Below, piece by piece: positions 12,585 through 26,330 of a DNA stretch of 64,000 bases. The notes below the pieces were generated by a model. That model had not been told where the DNA came from, searched no databases, and saw only the letters and a list, made by a program, of their open reading frames with translations. This DNA comes from Octopus sinensis. Its lineage: Eukaryota. Where the stretch lies: assembly GCF_006345805.1 (NCBI RefSeq), contig NC_042998.1, positions 197,470,001-197,534,000 on the forward strand. Direction: 5' to 3'. The translations under genes were made by a program, and so were the position numbers. Positions within the stretch are counted from its first letter, which is position 1, and each line of letters begins with the position of its first letter.

Positions 12585-12975
12585 ATTTGTTTCAGTCATT
12601 AGATTGTGGCCCTGCTGGGGCACTGCCTTGAAGAATTTTAGTTGAATGAATTTACTCCAGTACTTTTTTTAGGTCTGGTACTTATTCTATTGGTCTCTTT
12701 TGCCAAACTGCTAAGTAACAGGGACGTAAACACACCAGCACCGGTTGTCAAACAGTGGTGGTGGACAAACACAGTCACAAAGACATACACACATGTATGA
12801 GTGTACGTATGAGAAACTTAAAGAAGTTTCTGTGTACCAAATTCATTCACAATAGTTTGGTCAGTGCAAGGCTATAACAGAAGACTCTTGCCCAAAGTGC
12901 CACGTAGTGGGATTGAACCCAGAACCATGTGGTTAGGAAGCAAACTCCTTAACACACATCCATGCCTGCATCTAT
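12585..12975 (-). mobile_element. Family C SINE, diverged copy
   Basis: TTGTTTCAGTCATT...GTACTTATTCTATTGGTCTCTTTTGCC...GAAGACTCTTGCCCAAAG...GAACCCAGAACCATGTGG. Confidence 0.8.
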
Positions 12976-13079
12976 ACTTGACCATTCTCTTGTGTTTTCC
13001 ATATGCTACTGTCAAATCACCCAACTCTTCTATCTACAGTCACAGGAACTACCTCTACTCTGTCCGCTGTACAAAGTAC

Positions 13080-13337
13080 AAATACCTGTATCATCTCTTG
13101 TGAAAGGTAGAAGAGTCCAGTTTGCCGGACATTGTTGTAGAGCTGAAAACGAGGTAATTTCTACTCTTCTCCTCTGGAAGCCATCTGCTCGCAATACCAG
13201 AAGGTGCACACTCTCTTACCCTGATGTAATCTCCAGGGATACTGGCATCCAGCAACAGGACCTCCGTAATGCTATGAGGTCTGGCGTAACATAGTAAATT
13301 TTATTGTCTCGACCACGGTCGAACAATGATGATGATG
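13080..13337 (+). mobile_element. 3' fragment of a second RTE-type LINE family
   Basis: Translates to IPVSSLVKGRRVQFAGHCCRAENEVISTLLLWKPSAR...SYPDVISRDTG...DLRNAM, resembling the post-RT RRL.FAGH region of RTE-group LINEs. Ends in (GAT)n. Confidence 0.75.
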
Positions 13338-14587
13338 CTGTCCACTACAATCTTATAACTCATTTCTACTATGGTAACAGTCCACCAGTGTCTGTTCTCT
13401 GCAATATAGCAATTTCTTTGGTCATTTGTTTAACTGTAGCATGGGTTGGACACAAAATCCATGATGATGATTTTGGGGTGGTTTTCTTCAATTTCTCTCC
13501 CAGTTATAATTCAGAAGAATGTGACTAAAGCCTTCAACAATTCTTCAATCATTTGTTGCCATGTCTGTCTTGCAGTAGTGATTCATATATTGGCTATTGA
13601 ATATTTCATATCCACTCAGTCATGCCTCTTGTTTGTGGCAAAATGCCTAACAGTGAAGAGCAGTCCAGAGTGACACAAGTCTGTGGCCTCATTTTAATTT
13701 TTCAGTGACAGCAACTTAACATTCCTTTCGTTATCCATATCCAAGGGAAGTGAGTAAATATTTTTCCATTTCCTCCATAAAACAAATCCCATTTTTTATG
13801 CTTGATTATCATTTATTCAACATTTAAATGCAGCACAAAGTTTTGTCAGTGAACAGGTCGCGGTCTCAAAGCGACAAAAAATATTTTGACAAATTAAATT
13901 TAAATGCTGAAGTGAATCTAACGGTTTTTTTGTGTTTCTTAAATGGCTTATAAACACCTTCCACACTGCAATTGTTTTCGTTCCAGCACACAATCTCAGA
14001 TCAGGTCACTTGCTATGCAAGTTCATTGCCGTAATATTATTTAATCATTTTTGCTTAATTAGAATCATTTACTATAATGCTTAATTACTATTATAGCATG
14101 CCATGCAAAGTGTTTAGTGGAATTTCATTCGTCATTACATTCTGAATTCAAATTACATTAAGGTTAACTTTGCCTTTCATCCTTTCGGGGTCAATAAAAT
14201 AAGTGCCAGTTGAGCCTTGGGGGTCAATGTAATTGACTTACCCCCATCCCTCGAAAATGCTGGCCTTGTGCCAAAATTTGAAACCAAATTATTATTATTA
14301 CAAGTGGCATTTGGCAGAATTGTAGGAATATTGGACATAATGCTTTGTAATAACTAACTACAGTTCTTGGCATTCTAAGTTCAAATCCCACAGAAGCCTT
14401 CTCTGCCTTTCATTCTTCAGGATCAATAAATAAATTAATAAACAAATTGGGGTTGATATAACTGACCGTTCCCCTACCCCTGTGCTTTTATAAGAAACAA
14501 TATAATTGTTTTTGCGGGTTTGGCCTCAAGTCAGCTCTGGTCAGTGTATACAGGGTTACACTATTCAAAGTGTCCTTTCCCTTTTAA

Positions 14588-14806
14588 CCCTTTAGTATTT
14601 AAACTGGCCATATCCAGCCAAAATAGTTAATCTGTTTTATGTTCAAACTGACCAGATCCAGGCTCTCACACCTACCCTACAATGTTATTCTACATTAAGT
14701 AATTACACCATCAAGATCTTGAAGATATGAGATAATGCATGATTAATTCAAATCAATGGGAATCAATAAGCATTATGTTTGATAGGATAATCTGAATACT
14801 AAAGGG
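14588..14806. mobile_element. TTAA-flanked MITE, second family
   Basis: TTAA|CCCTTTAGTATT ... AATACTAAAGGG|TTAA: 12-bp TIR, with TTAA at 14584-14587 and 14807-14810. Confidence 0.85.
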
Positions 14807-15487
14807 TTAAGATGGCTGGATAGGAATTTTGGGGGCAATATGACTGATATTTCTTGCAGAATGAATGGCCACAGAGAAGCTCTCTTAGTAACATGCTTTC
14901 TCTGATGTTGTATGTAGTTGTTGTTGTTGACAGACAAAACAAATAAAGTTTATGGAAGAAGAGTAACTTTGATGATAATGCTGATTACGGATAGCAGTTG
15001 TAACGGGAGTAGTACAACGGAGGGGTGATGCAGTGGTGGAGAAGGTGGAGGAACTTGTGAAGGTGGAGATGATGAAAGATAGTGAAAGTAGAACGACAGT
15101 GGTGAGAGTGGAGAGGTAAAGAGATATTTGGGGGTGGAGGGTAGATGTTATGAAGAAAAGACAGTGGGTAAAGGTAGTGAGGGGCAGAGGGGGAAGAGAG
15201 GTGGTTAAGGTGAGTTAGAGAAAGAGGTGCTGGGAAAGAGAAAGAGGTAATGGAGATGGTGGAGGCATAGCTTCTTTTATCTTTAAAACCAGACAGTGGA
15301 AAAACGAAACAAATGATGTAACCGGTTGCTATTATTGAGTGATCTTGTCATGGTAGTGGTGAGATAGTAGTAGTAGTAGTAGTAGTAGTAGCAGTGGTAT
15401 TAGTGGTGGTGAAGTAGTCGTAGTGATGGTAGTCAGATGTAATTAGTGGTAATGGTTATGTGTTGTTGTGACATGGTAGTTGCGATA

Positions 15488-15720
15488 GTGGTAACATGGC
15501 AATAGTGGTGAGCTAATAGTAGTGGTGAGGCGTTAGTTGTGATGGTGGTAACATGGCAATAGTGGTGAGCTAATGGTAGTGGTGAGGTGTTAGTTGTGAT
15601 GGTGGTAACATGGCAATAGTGGTGAGCTAATGGTAGTGGTGAGGTGTTAGTTGTGATGGTGGTAACATGGCAATAGTGGTGAGCTAATGGCAGTGGTGAG
15701 GCGTTAGTTGTGACGGTGGT
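15488..15720. repeat. 57-bp tandem repeat, 4 copies
   Basis: GTGGTAACATGGCAATAGTGGTGAGCTAATGGTAGTGGTGAGGTGTTAGTTGTGATG, with starts at 15488, 15545, 15602 and 15659. Confidence 0.95.
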
Positions 15721-16076
15721 TAGTTAGTAGTGCTGATATAGTTTAATCTATTTTCTCTATTATATCGATATAGTCGATGGAATATATTGATATCTATCTG
15801 ATGAGTGTACCATGAATAGCCAGTTATTCACAAAATTATTTATTGATTCTTAAAGATGATGATCTTAATATCACTGATGGTCGTGTCTAAGAATAGCAGA
15901 TAAATCCCTTTTTTGCTGCCAATGTCGATGATTCTTGAGTGTTGCCAAACTATGCAATTTTGTTGTCTTTAGTGCCTGATCCTTGGCTACGATAGTAAAT
16001 GGCCTGAACTTCTTGTGAAGATTTTGTTAGTATGAGACTTTGGTTTTCTTTGGGTTGACGGTGAGGCCAAAGCCAT

Positions 16077-16139
<63 letters not shown>

Positions 16140-16271
16140 CGAGAGAGAGAGAGAGCGAGAGAGAGAGGAGAATCTGTCCATGCGTTGCTACATCACAAAC
16201 TGAGAATATACCGAGAGCGAAATTAGTTGCAAACATCTCATATTGATGAGCTAACAGCTAGTGTAGTAGTA

Positions 16272-16695
16272 TATACCTATTTCGTTACTACCCACAAGGG
16301 GCTAAACACAGAAGGGACAAACAAGGACAGACAAACGGATCAAGTCGATTACATCGACCCCAGTGCGTAACTGGTACTTAATTTATCGACCCCGAAAGGA
16401 TGAAAGGCAAAGTTGGCCTTGGCAGAATTTGAACTCAGAATGTAGCGGCAGGACGAAATACCTATTTCTATTTCTTTACTACCCACAAGGGGCTAAATAC
16501 AGAGAGGACAAACAAGGACAGACAAAGGGATCAAGTCAATTACATCGACCCCAGTACATAACTGGTACTTAATTTATCGACCCTGAAAGGATGAAAGGCA
16601 AAGTCGACCTCGGAATTTGAACTTAGAACGTAACGGCAGATGAAATACGGCTACGCATTTCGCCCGGCATGCTAACGATTCTGCCAGATCGCCTA
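16272..16695 (-). mobile_element. Family B SINE dimer
   Basis: Two ~180-bp units and a single head near 16650-16695. Confidence 0.9.
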
Positions 16696-17254
16696 AACTA
16701 TGAAGAATATAATAGAGCACATTTCAAATTGTAACAGGTTGTGAAAAGTGCATATTGTTATTTAATGAAACTTTAGCCCTTACTAAATACCCAATCCCCT
16801 AAACTCCAGTAGTGTTCTGTACACCAAACAATGTTCTGGGATGCAGAGTACCAGTAGTCACCATGTTTGCATTGAGTTTACTTTAGCAAATTCAGTGTAG
16901 TCAAACTAAATCTACCGATACCTAGAAACAGACAGGACAGGAAAAGTTCACGTCTAAATTAAAATGCCGTGCACAATAATTAATCATCGCTCGTCAAAAT
17001 GCTGACAATGGTCTTCAACCACAGAGTGGTAATGGTGTATCCTGTAACAATGGATTGTAGTTGACACCGAGTCATTCAGCTGAAATCTGCTTGATTAATG
17101 CTGAGATGTTGTGCAACAACAAAAACCTTCTCTCCTCTGTTGCTCTCCGAATTCATGTGACGATGGTCAGAGGTCAGTGAATCATTGCCAACAATACAAC
17201 CAGCATCATTGTTGCTACCATCATCATTATTATTACCACCATTATTCTCATTTG

Positions 17255-17600
17255 GCCGATGCCAGTGCTGCCCCGACTGGCTCCTGTGCCGGTGGCACAT
17301 AAAAAGCACCATCCAAATGTGGCCGTTGCCAGTGCTGCCTTGGCTGGCTTCCGTGCTGGTGGCACGTTAAAAGCACCAACCGATCGTGGCCGATGCCGGA
17401 CCCCCTGGCACCTGTGCAGGTGGCACGTAAAAAGCACCCACTACACTCGTGGAGTGGTTGGCGTTTGGAAGGGCATCCAGCTGTAGAAACTCTGCCAGAT
17501 CAAGACTGGAGCCTGGTGCAGCCTCCATGGCTTATCAGACCCCGGTCGAACTGTCCAACCCGTGCTAGCGCGGAAAACGGACGTTAAACGATGATGATGA
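17255..17600 (+). mobile_element. Family A copy (RTE 3' tail)
   Basis: GGCACCTGTG modules, the conserved tail, and (GAT)n. Confidence 0.9.
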
Positions 17601-18414
17601 TTATTGTCATTGTCACTAAACTGAATTCTATTGTAGCAACCACCACCAAACCTCAATCCATCATCATCATAATCATCATCATCGTCATCATAAACAACCA
17701 ACATCCTCATGGCTGTCTTCACTGTCACTACTAACAGCATCGCTATCATACTTAACACACAAAGTAACCACAACCACCACCACAACCATTTCCATCATCT
17801 ACATCATTATCGCTTGTATTCAAAGAATATCTTCCAATGTATCAGGATAACAGCAATTGGTAACTCGAGAAGAAGTATATGTAGCACACCAGGAATGCTG
17901 CAACGTAGACAGGCAGCCGTGTATTTGTAGACACAAATACACATATCTCATGCAGCTTTTCTGTAAAAACTTCATTCCTATAAAAACATTCGAGTGTTTA
18001 CCATCGGGGTACCATTGGGGTACCTGCACATAGCGATGTAGTAACTACAGGTGATTGATTGTGAATTAAATTTCATCTATCTCTACATACTGTTGTAATA
18101 TACACATTTGCATAGTATAGCTGCACAGTGGGATATGTTGTACATGGTCTACTTGTACACACTATTACACTGCATATATACTTGTAGCTTCTCACTCTGT
18201 ACAAAATGTGATTTTGTAAACTTGCATTTTGTATCCTGTACATAGTGCTGTGCTTTAATCCATACCTCCTGTGTTTGTGCATATTATTTCACTGAGTGTG
18301 TAAACTTGGTCAATTTCTACAAACAGTCATGCTGTGCTGTTATAAGTGGTCTATCTGTATGTACTGTTACACCTAATGCTTACATTTAGCCTAGTTCTAA
18401 ATATTGTGATAGCT

Positions 18415-18720
18415 TTATCACCGTGACTGACCAGGCTATCAGATGTTGCTACACATTGCTGGTCACAATGCGCTTTGCATTGTTTTAGCCTTTAAATGAC
18501 GCCACTCCGCTGGCTAAGCGAGCAGGCCAACAGAAGAAAGAGCGAGAGAAAGTTGTGGTGAAAGAGTACAGCAGGGATCGCCACCACCGCCTGCCAGAGC
18601 CTCGTGGAGCTTTAGGTGTTTTCGCTCAATAAACACTCACAACGCCCAGTCTGGGAATCAAAACTGCGATCCTACGACCGCAAGTCCGCTACCCTAACCA
18701 CTGGGCCATTGCACCTCCAC
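18415..18720 (-). mobile_element. Family F tRNA-derived SINE
   Basis: Minus-strand head GGAGGTGCAATGGCCCAGTGGTTAGGG...GCAGTTTTGATTCCCAGA matches the head of 63020-63410. Confidence 0.8.
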
Positions 18721-18881
18721 ATGATAGCTATATATATAGCGAGAGAGAGAGAGAGAGAGAGGGAGAGAGAGTGAGGTTTGGACTGCTATGTAGGTTGGTA
18801 GGTGGGTGGGTAGGTTGTAGGTAAGTAAGCAGGTAGATAGAAATGTTCTAAGATTGAACATAAATGGCCCAAATGTATTCT

Positions 18882-19290
18882 CTTTTACTTGTTTCAGTCA
18901 TTTGACTGTGGCCATGCTGGAGCACCGCCTTTAGTCGAGCAAATTGACCCTAGGACTTATTCTTTGTAAGCCTAGTACTTATTATATCAGTCTCTTTTGC
19001 CGAACTGCTAAGTTACGAGGACATAAACACACCAGCATCGGTTGTCAAGTGATATTGGGCGGGGCCGAACACAGGCACACAAACATATACACACACACAC
19101 ACATATATATATATACATATATATACAAAAGGTTTCTTTCAGTTTCCGTCTACCAAATCCACTCACAAGGCTTTGGTCAGCCCGAGGCTATAGTAGAAAA
19201 CACTTGCCCAACGGGCCACGCAGTGGGACTGAAACCAGAACCATGTGGTTTGTAAGCAAGCTACTTACCACACAGCCACACCTACGCCTA
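18882..19290 (-). mobile_element. Family C SINE
   Basis: Full-length match to the other C copies. Confidence 0.9.
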
Positions 19291-19905
19291 TATATGTACG
19301 TAAAGTTGAACCATTTATACTAAATGTATTTGTATACATGAGAATATATAACTGTTCTTGATATTTCTGCACATAGTTTTGTGGGACTAAAAGTAAAATT
19401 ACACTTTAACTCACTATACACACTAGTATACTATAAACCTTGTCTTGTCTTTTGGTCATGCCGTACATATTTAGGCTTGGTCTTACCAGTATATAAAATT
19501 ATACAGGTACTCTCGGAATATCTATATATACTGTTACATAATATACTCAAAGTTAACCTGTACATCTATTCTTGGTTCCACACTTGGGCCATTTGTAATG
19601 AATTTTACACAGAACATTTTTACCTAGCTACCTACCAAAGCAGCCCAACCACCTACCTGCTTACCTACCTACCTACACACACACACTCAAATTATTATAT
19701 AGGCCACTTAGTATTGGTTTATCGTTACATCTGTTGCAGTTACCATTGGTTGATATGTATGTACTGTTATACCTACTCAAGTGAAAATGCACTTGTACAT
19801 GATCTACCTTCACAAATGTTACATTGCATACTTGCATTTCACACATCTGTACACACTGCCAATTTTTTTATCTCTGTCAACCAGTTCTGTAAATGTGTTC
19901 TTTAA

Positions 19906-20538
19906 CCCTTTAGCTTTCTTATCATTCTGTCAAATGTTATGCTTATTTGTTTACACTGCTCTGAATTAATCATGCATTATCTTGTAGCTATGAAATTTTG
20001 ATGAGGCATCTATTTTTTAGAATGACCAACGTCGCCTTACTGGCACCTGTGCCGGTGGCATGTGTAAAAAGATTCGAGCGAGGTCATTGCCAGTACTGCC
20101 TGATTGGCTCCTGTGCCAGTGGCTTGTAAAAGGGGCACCATTCGAGTGTGATCATTACCAACGTCGCTTCACTGGCACCTGTGCCAGTGGCATGTGTAAA
20201 AAGATTCGAGCGAGGTCATTGCCAGTACCGCCTGACTGGCTCCCGTGCCGGTGGCACGTAAAAAGCATCCACTACACTCTCGGAGTGGTTGGCATTAGGA
20301 AGGGCATCCAGCTGTAGAAACTCTGCCAGATCAAGATTGCAGCCTGGTGCAGCCATCTGGTTCGCCATCTCTCAGTCAAAATCGTCCAACTCATGCTAGC
20401 ATGGAAAGCGGACGTTAAACAATGACAATGATGATGATGATGATGTAGGGTAGGTGTGAGAAACCAGACCTGGCCTCTTTGAACGTAAAACAAGTAGAAT
20501 ATTTTTGGTTGGATTAAGCCAGTTTAAATGCTAAAGGG
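19906..20538. mobile_element. TTAA-flanked MITE carrying a nested family A insertion (~20025-20445)
   Basis: TTAA|CCCTTTAGC ... GCTAAAGGG|TTAA at 19902-19914 and 20530-20542, with A modules and a (GAT)n tail inside. Confidence 0.75.
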
Positions 20539-20797
20539 TTAAGGGATACTGTACCCTTAAACTTTGCCCAACTACATTTGTCATCATTATCATCATCATC
20601 ATTTAATGATGACGACGACGATTATATTTGATATAACTTGTACATAATACTACCAAATCCACTCACAAGGCATTGGTCGGCCCGAGGCTATAGCAGAAGA
20701 CACTTGCCCAAGATGCCACGCAGTGGGACTGAACCCAGAACCATGTGGTTAGTAAGCAAGCTACTTACCACACAGCCACTCATGCGCCATATATATA

Positions 20798-20863
<66 letters not shown>

Positions 20864-21477
20864 CTACAAAATTAGAAAATGGAGAAACATACTACAAAAT
20901 TAGAAAATTATCCCATGGTGGGTTGAATTTTCAACCCCTATCTCATTTTATAATATATATATATATATATATGTACATGCTATTACACTGTACATATATA
21001 CTTAACCTATCTGTACATACTGTTTGATTGTGCATTTATTTTCGGCCTTTTTGAACACAATCTTACTCTAAAATCTTTGTATTGTAAATCTGTACACAGA
21101 GCTGAATATACTCTTGGCCAGATTATACATACTCCCACAATGTATATTTGGCATGGTCTGTAGATATCTTTATACATATCTATTTATACTCACTCTCTCG
21201 TTTACTCTTAGCTTATCTGCACAAACTGAAAAAATTGTACGCTGACGGTTGGACAACCTGCTCTTATCATTACACTGCACTTTTCTCCTTGGGCTATTTG
21301 AGATATAGTTACTCTTGGCTTTACATTATATTGTTATATCATACACACTTACACTGATTGTGCATAGTGATTTACTGTACGTTTATTAGTGATACATCTC
21401 TACATGTAGTTTCATTGCACATATACATGTGATCTATCAGTATATACTCATATGTTATTCACTTTCAGTTGTACTAT

Positions 21478-22260
21478 ATATTTCTTTGTTGCCCACAAGG
21501 GGCTAAACATAGAGGGGACAAACAAGGACAGACAAAAGGATTAAGTCAATTACATCGACCCAGTACGCAACTGGTACTTCATTTATCGACGCCGAAAGGA
21601 TGAAAGGCAAAGTCGACCTCGGTGGAATTTGAACTCGGAACGTAACGACAGATGAAATATCTATTTCTTTACTACCCACAAGGAGCTAAATACAGAGGGG
21701 ACAAACAAGGACAGACAAACGGATTAAGTCGATTACATTGACCCCAGCGCATAACTGGTACTTTATTTATCGACCCCGAAAGGATGAAAGGCAAAGTTGA
21801 CCTCGGCGGAATTTGAACTCAGAACGTAACGGCAGACGAAATACCTATTTCTTTACTACCCACAAGGGGCTAAACACAGAGGGGACAAACAAGTACAGAC
21901 ACACGGATTAAGTCGATTACATCGACCCCAATGCGAAACTGGTACTTTATTTATCGACCCTGAAAGGATGAAAGGCAGAGTCGACCTGGGCGGAATTTGA
22001 ACTCGGAACGTAACGACAGATGAAATATCTATTTCTTTACTACCCACAAGAAGCTAAATACAGAGGGGACAAACAAGGACAGACAAAAGGATTACGTCGA
22101 TTACATCGATCCCAATGCAAAACTGGTACTTTATTTATCGACCCCGAAAGGATGAAGGGCAGAGTCAACCTCGGCGGAATTTGAACTCAGAAAGTAACGA
22201 CAGACGAAATACCGCCAAGCATTTCGCCTGGCGTGCTAATGTGTCTGCCAGCTCGCCGCC
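21478..22260 (-). mobile_element. Family B SINE tetramer
   Basis: Four ~183-bp units and one head. Flanked by TTTCA(G/A)TTGTACTAT at 21463-21477 and 22263-22277. Confidence 0.92.
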
Positions 22261-22690
22261 TTTTTCAATTGTACTATTTGTATATACTGTTGCACTGTAT
22301 ATGTGCATTTCCCTGGCTTTATACACTATACACTGTTATTAGATCTATGTTCACATACTGTTAGATTATACACTTGTTTTTGATCTATCTTTAACCTTCT
22401 GCAACTCCTTCTTTTGGTGAAGGAATATATAATGCTAAATTGTACATTTACACTGGATATATCTTTACATACCGAAACACTGTACAATTTGTCTTCATCT
22501 TTCTGTCAATACAAATATTTGGTACACCTATACTTGGCCCACCTATAAATAGCGATATATTAAACATTTATCATTGATCAATCTATATGCATTGTTATAT
22601 TATACACTAATATTCGATCTATTGTTACAAACTGCTGCATTATACATGTGAACTTAGTATTAGTCTATCTACACATATTCCTTAAATTAA

Positions 22691-22921
22691 GGCGGCGAGC
22701 TGGCAGAATCGTTAGCACGCCGGGCGAAATGCTTAGCGGGTATTTCGTCTGCTGTTACGTTCTGAGTTCAAATTCCACCGAGGTCGACTTTGCCTTTCAT
22801 CCTTTTGGGGTCGATAAATTAAGTACCAGTTATGCACTGGGGTTGATGTAATCAACTTAATCCGTTTGTCTGTCCTTGTTTGTCCCCTCTGTGTTTAGCC
22901 CCTTGTGGGCAATAAAGAAAT
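22691..22921 (+). mobile_element. Family B SINE monomer
   Basis: Starts GGCGGCGAGCTGGCAGAATCGTTAGC. TSD ATAT(T/C)CCTTAAATTAA at 22675-22690 and 22922-22937. Confidence 0.95.
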
Positions 22922-23475
22922 ATATCCCTTAAATTAATCTTGATCATTGTGCACATTCTCTTCTGGCAGTCTGATACACTTAAAATACTTTAAAATTTTA
23001 CACTTACCTTAGATGTATCAGTTTATAGTGTAACTCTTAATCTTGTTCTATCTTTACACTTATACATGATGTAACTTTACACAGTGTTGCACTGTAAGGT
23101 TATATTTGGTCTATCCATATGTACTTTTAGATTGTATATTTACTTTTAGTCAGTTGGTACATACTGTTACACTTGTATTTGCATTATCCATTAAAACTGT
23201 TACTGTTGACTTAAATTTAGTACAGATTAACATCCTGTTAGTTTGTACACTTACCACTTACTCTAGCTTTTCTTGCTGTTAGATTTATTTTTGTTCTGTT
23301 TCTGCAAAAACTATAAAACTGCACACTTATACTATGTCTATCTCTACAGAATGGTTCCTAAATAAGCTGATGCACTGGTAGTGTAGATCATATATATATT
23401 CTGCTTTGACCAACTGCCTGTGTATGATAGGTCTACTTGTTCAATTTGGATTCCTATGGGCACACAATAATATCA

Positions 23476-24072
23476 GTTTCTTTACTACCCACAAGGGGCT
23501 AAACATAGAGGGGACAAACAAGGATAGACAAATGGATTAAGTCGATTATATCGACCCCAGTACGTAACTGGTACTTAATTTATCGACCCCGAAAGGAAGA
23601 AAGGCAAAGTCGACCTCGGCAGAATTTGAACTCAGAACGTACAGACAGACGAAATACCTATTTCTTTACTACACACAAGGGGCTAAACATAGAGGGGACA
23701 AACAAGGACAGACAAATGGATTAAGTCGATTATATCGACCCCAGTGCGTAACTGGTACTTAATTTATCGACCCCGAAAGGATGAAAGGCAAAGTTGACCT
23801 CGGCGGAATTTGAACTCAGAACGTAATGGCAGACGAAATACCTATTTCTTTACTACCCACAAGGGGCTAAACATAGAGGGGACAAACAAGGACAGACAAA
23901 CGGATTAAGTCGATTACATCGACCCCAGTGCGTAACTGGCACTTAATTTATCGACCCCGAAAGGATGAAAGACAAAGTCGACCTCGGCGGAATTTGAACT
24001 CAGAACGTGCAGACAGACGAAATACGGCTACGCATTTCGCCCGGCGTGATAACGTTCTGCCAGCTCGCCGCC
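23476..24072 (-). mobile_element. Family B SINE trimer
   Basis: Three units and one head. TSD ATAATATCA at 23467-23475 and 24074-24082. Confidence 0.92.
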
Positions 24073-24392
24073 TATAATATCAATGAGATTTAAAGAAAAG
24101 TCGTGAAAACTTTTGCAGTCAAGAGTTAACATATGATAAACCATGTTATCTTGTGACTATGACTTCTAATTCTGTCCCAGTTCTGCCACCCATAAGAGAT
24201 TCTCTCGTGCCAATTTGTCATTCAACTGAGACTAACTCAGATGATCTCAGTCATAGCAAACGAGTTCATAATCTGGCAAAATCTACAGACTCTTGTAACT
24301 GTGCCAAATGCCAAACAGAGCTTTTGACATTAAAAGTTTGTAATAATTAATAAGCAATATTTGATCTGTCTGTCTGTGTGTTTATACAAAGA

Positions 24393-24432
<40 letters not shown>

Positions 24433-24709
24433 ATGGCTTGAAATTTTGGCACGAGACCAACAGTTTCAGGAGAGGGGTTAAATTGATTACATTAACCCCA
24501 GTGCTAATCTTGTACTTATTTTATCGACCCTGAAACAATGAAAAGCAAAATCAACCACTGAGGAATTTTAATTCAAAATGTAAAGATGGGTGAAATGCTG
24601 CTAATCCTCTTTGCCCAGTGTGCTAACAATTCTGCCAGCTCAATGCCTTAATGATGATGATGATGTGTTGGTTGAAGGAGACATTATTACAAAGACAAGT
24701 TAGGGGCCA

Positions 24710-25023
24710 GATGAGGCTGGCAAACGGCCACGATCAGTTGGTGCTTTTATGTGTCACTGGCATCTGTGTCGGTGATATGTAAAAGTACCATCCGATCGTG
24801 GCCGTTTGCCAGCCTCATCTGGCCCCTGTGCAGATGGCACATAAAAAGCACCCACTACATTCACGGAGTGGTTGGCGTTAGGAAGGGCATCCAGCTGTAG
24901 AATCACTGCCAGATCAGACTGGAGCCTGGTGCAGCCTCCTGGCTTCCCAGACCCCGGTCAAACCGTCCAACCCATGCTAGCATGGAAAAAGGACGTTAAA
25001 CGATGATGATGATGATGATGATG
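24710..25023 (+). mobile_element. Family A copy
   Basis: Conserved A tail with (GAT)n. Confidence 0.9.
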
Positions 25024-25109
25024 GTGTAGGAAGAGGATAAGGAGGAAGAGGTAAAATGAAAGGGAAAGAGTAAGGAATGAAATAAAAAGTATACGTTACA
25101 TATAAATAC

Positions 25110-26330
25110 ATCATCATCATCATTTAACGTCCGTTTTCCATGCTGGCATGGGTTGGACGGTTCGACTGGGGTCTGGGAAGCCAGGAGACTGCACCAGGCT
25201 CCAGTATGCTCTGGCAGTGTTTCTACAGCTGGATGCCCTTCCTAACGCCAACCACTCCGATAGTGTAGTGGGTGCTTTGTATGTGCCACCGGCATAGGGG
25301 TCAGAGGGGGCTGGCATTGACCATGTTCAGATGGTGCTTTTTATGTGCCACCGGCACAGGAGCCAGTTGAGGTGGCACTGGCATTGGCCACATTCGGATA
25401 ATGCTTTTTATGTGCCACTGACAAGGGGACCACAACTACAACTTCCATTTGACTGTGATTTGATTTGATTTTGATTTTGATTTTGCTGTTGATATACTTG
25501 ACTCAATAGGTCTCCTCAAGCATGGCATGTTGCCCTACGGTCCAAGGTACTTTTTGAGTGGGCTGGTTATGCAACACTAGTGTAGGTTACAGCTGTGAAC
25601 TCACTTTATTTGCTGGGTTTTCTCAGTCACAGCATACCTCCAGAGGTCTTGGTCTTACATCATTGCCTCTGTGAGGCCCAATATTCAAAGGTCCTGCTTC
25701 ACCACCTCATCCCTGTCTTCCTGGGTCTACCTCTATCCTGGATTCCTTCCACTGCTTGGGATTGGCACTTCTTCACACAGCTCTCCTCATCCATCCATAG
25801 TACATGACCATACCAACACAAACGTCTCTCTTGCATGTCACATCTGATGCTTCTTATGTCCAGCATTTCTCTCAGGGCACTTACACTCTGTCGTGTATGC
25901 ACACTGACATTACACATCCAGCGGATCATGCTAGCTTCATTTCTTTCAAGCCTACGCATGTCTTCAGCAGTCACAGCCCATGTTTCACTGCTGTGAAGCA
26001 TGGCAATTTGCACACATGCATCATACAATCTACCTTTCACTCTGAGTAAGAGGCCCTTTGTCACCAGTAGGGATAGAAGCTTTCTGAACTTTGCTCAGGC
26101 TATTCTTATTCTAGTGGTAACACTCTCTGAGCATCCACCCCAACAACAGACTTGGTCACCTGGGTAGCGGAAGCTATCAACTACTTCTAGTTTCTCCCCC
26201 TGGCATGTGATGGAATCTGTTTTCTGAGCATCTGTGGTGTTTATTGCCCCTGTGCATCTGTCACAGACGAAAGCTATCTTCATGGTTAATCTTCCTTTGA
26301 TGTTGCTGCACCTCTTATGTGTCCAGACAT
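25110..26330 (-). pseudogene. Decayed, 5'-truncated copy of the same RTE LINE as 57934-61437 (end of PHD, RT C-terminus, 3' UTR and A tail)
   Basis: Minus-strand translations WTHKRCSNIKGRLTMKIAFVCDRC...VDSFRYPGDQV and KGRLYDACV...MLHSSETWAV...RRLCWYGHV...RGRPRKT align to the 59569-60741 ORF with frameshifts. It continues into a family A tail ending in (GAT)n at ~25110. Confidence 0.92.

Noticed and set aside
15488-15720. Coding mucin-like repeat (57 bp = 19 codons)
   Set aside because: One minus-strand frame is open, but there is no start or splice context and it lies within low-complexity GT-rich sequence.
19381-19905. 174-aa ORF
   Set aside because: Low-complexity Y/L/T/H-rich translation of AT-rich sequence, with no domain or splice support.
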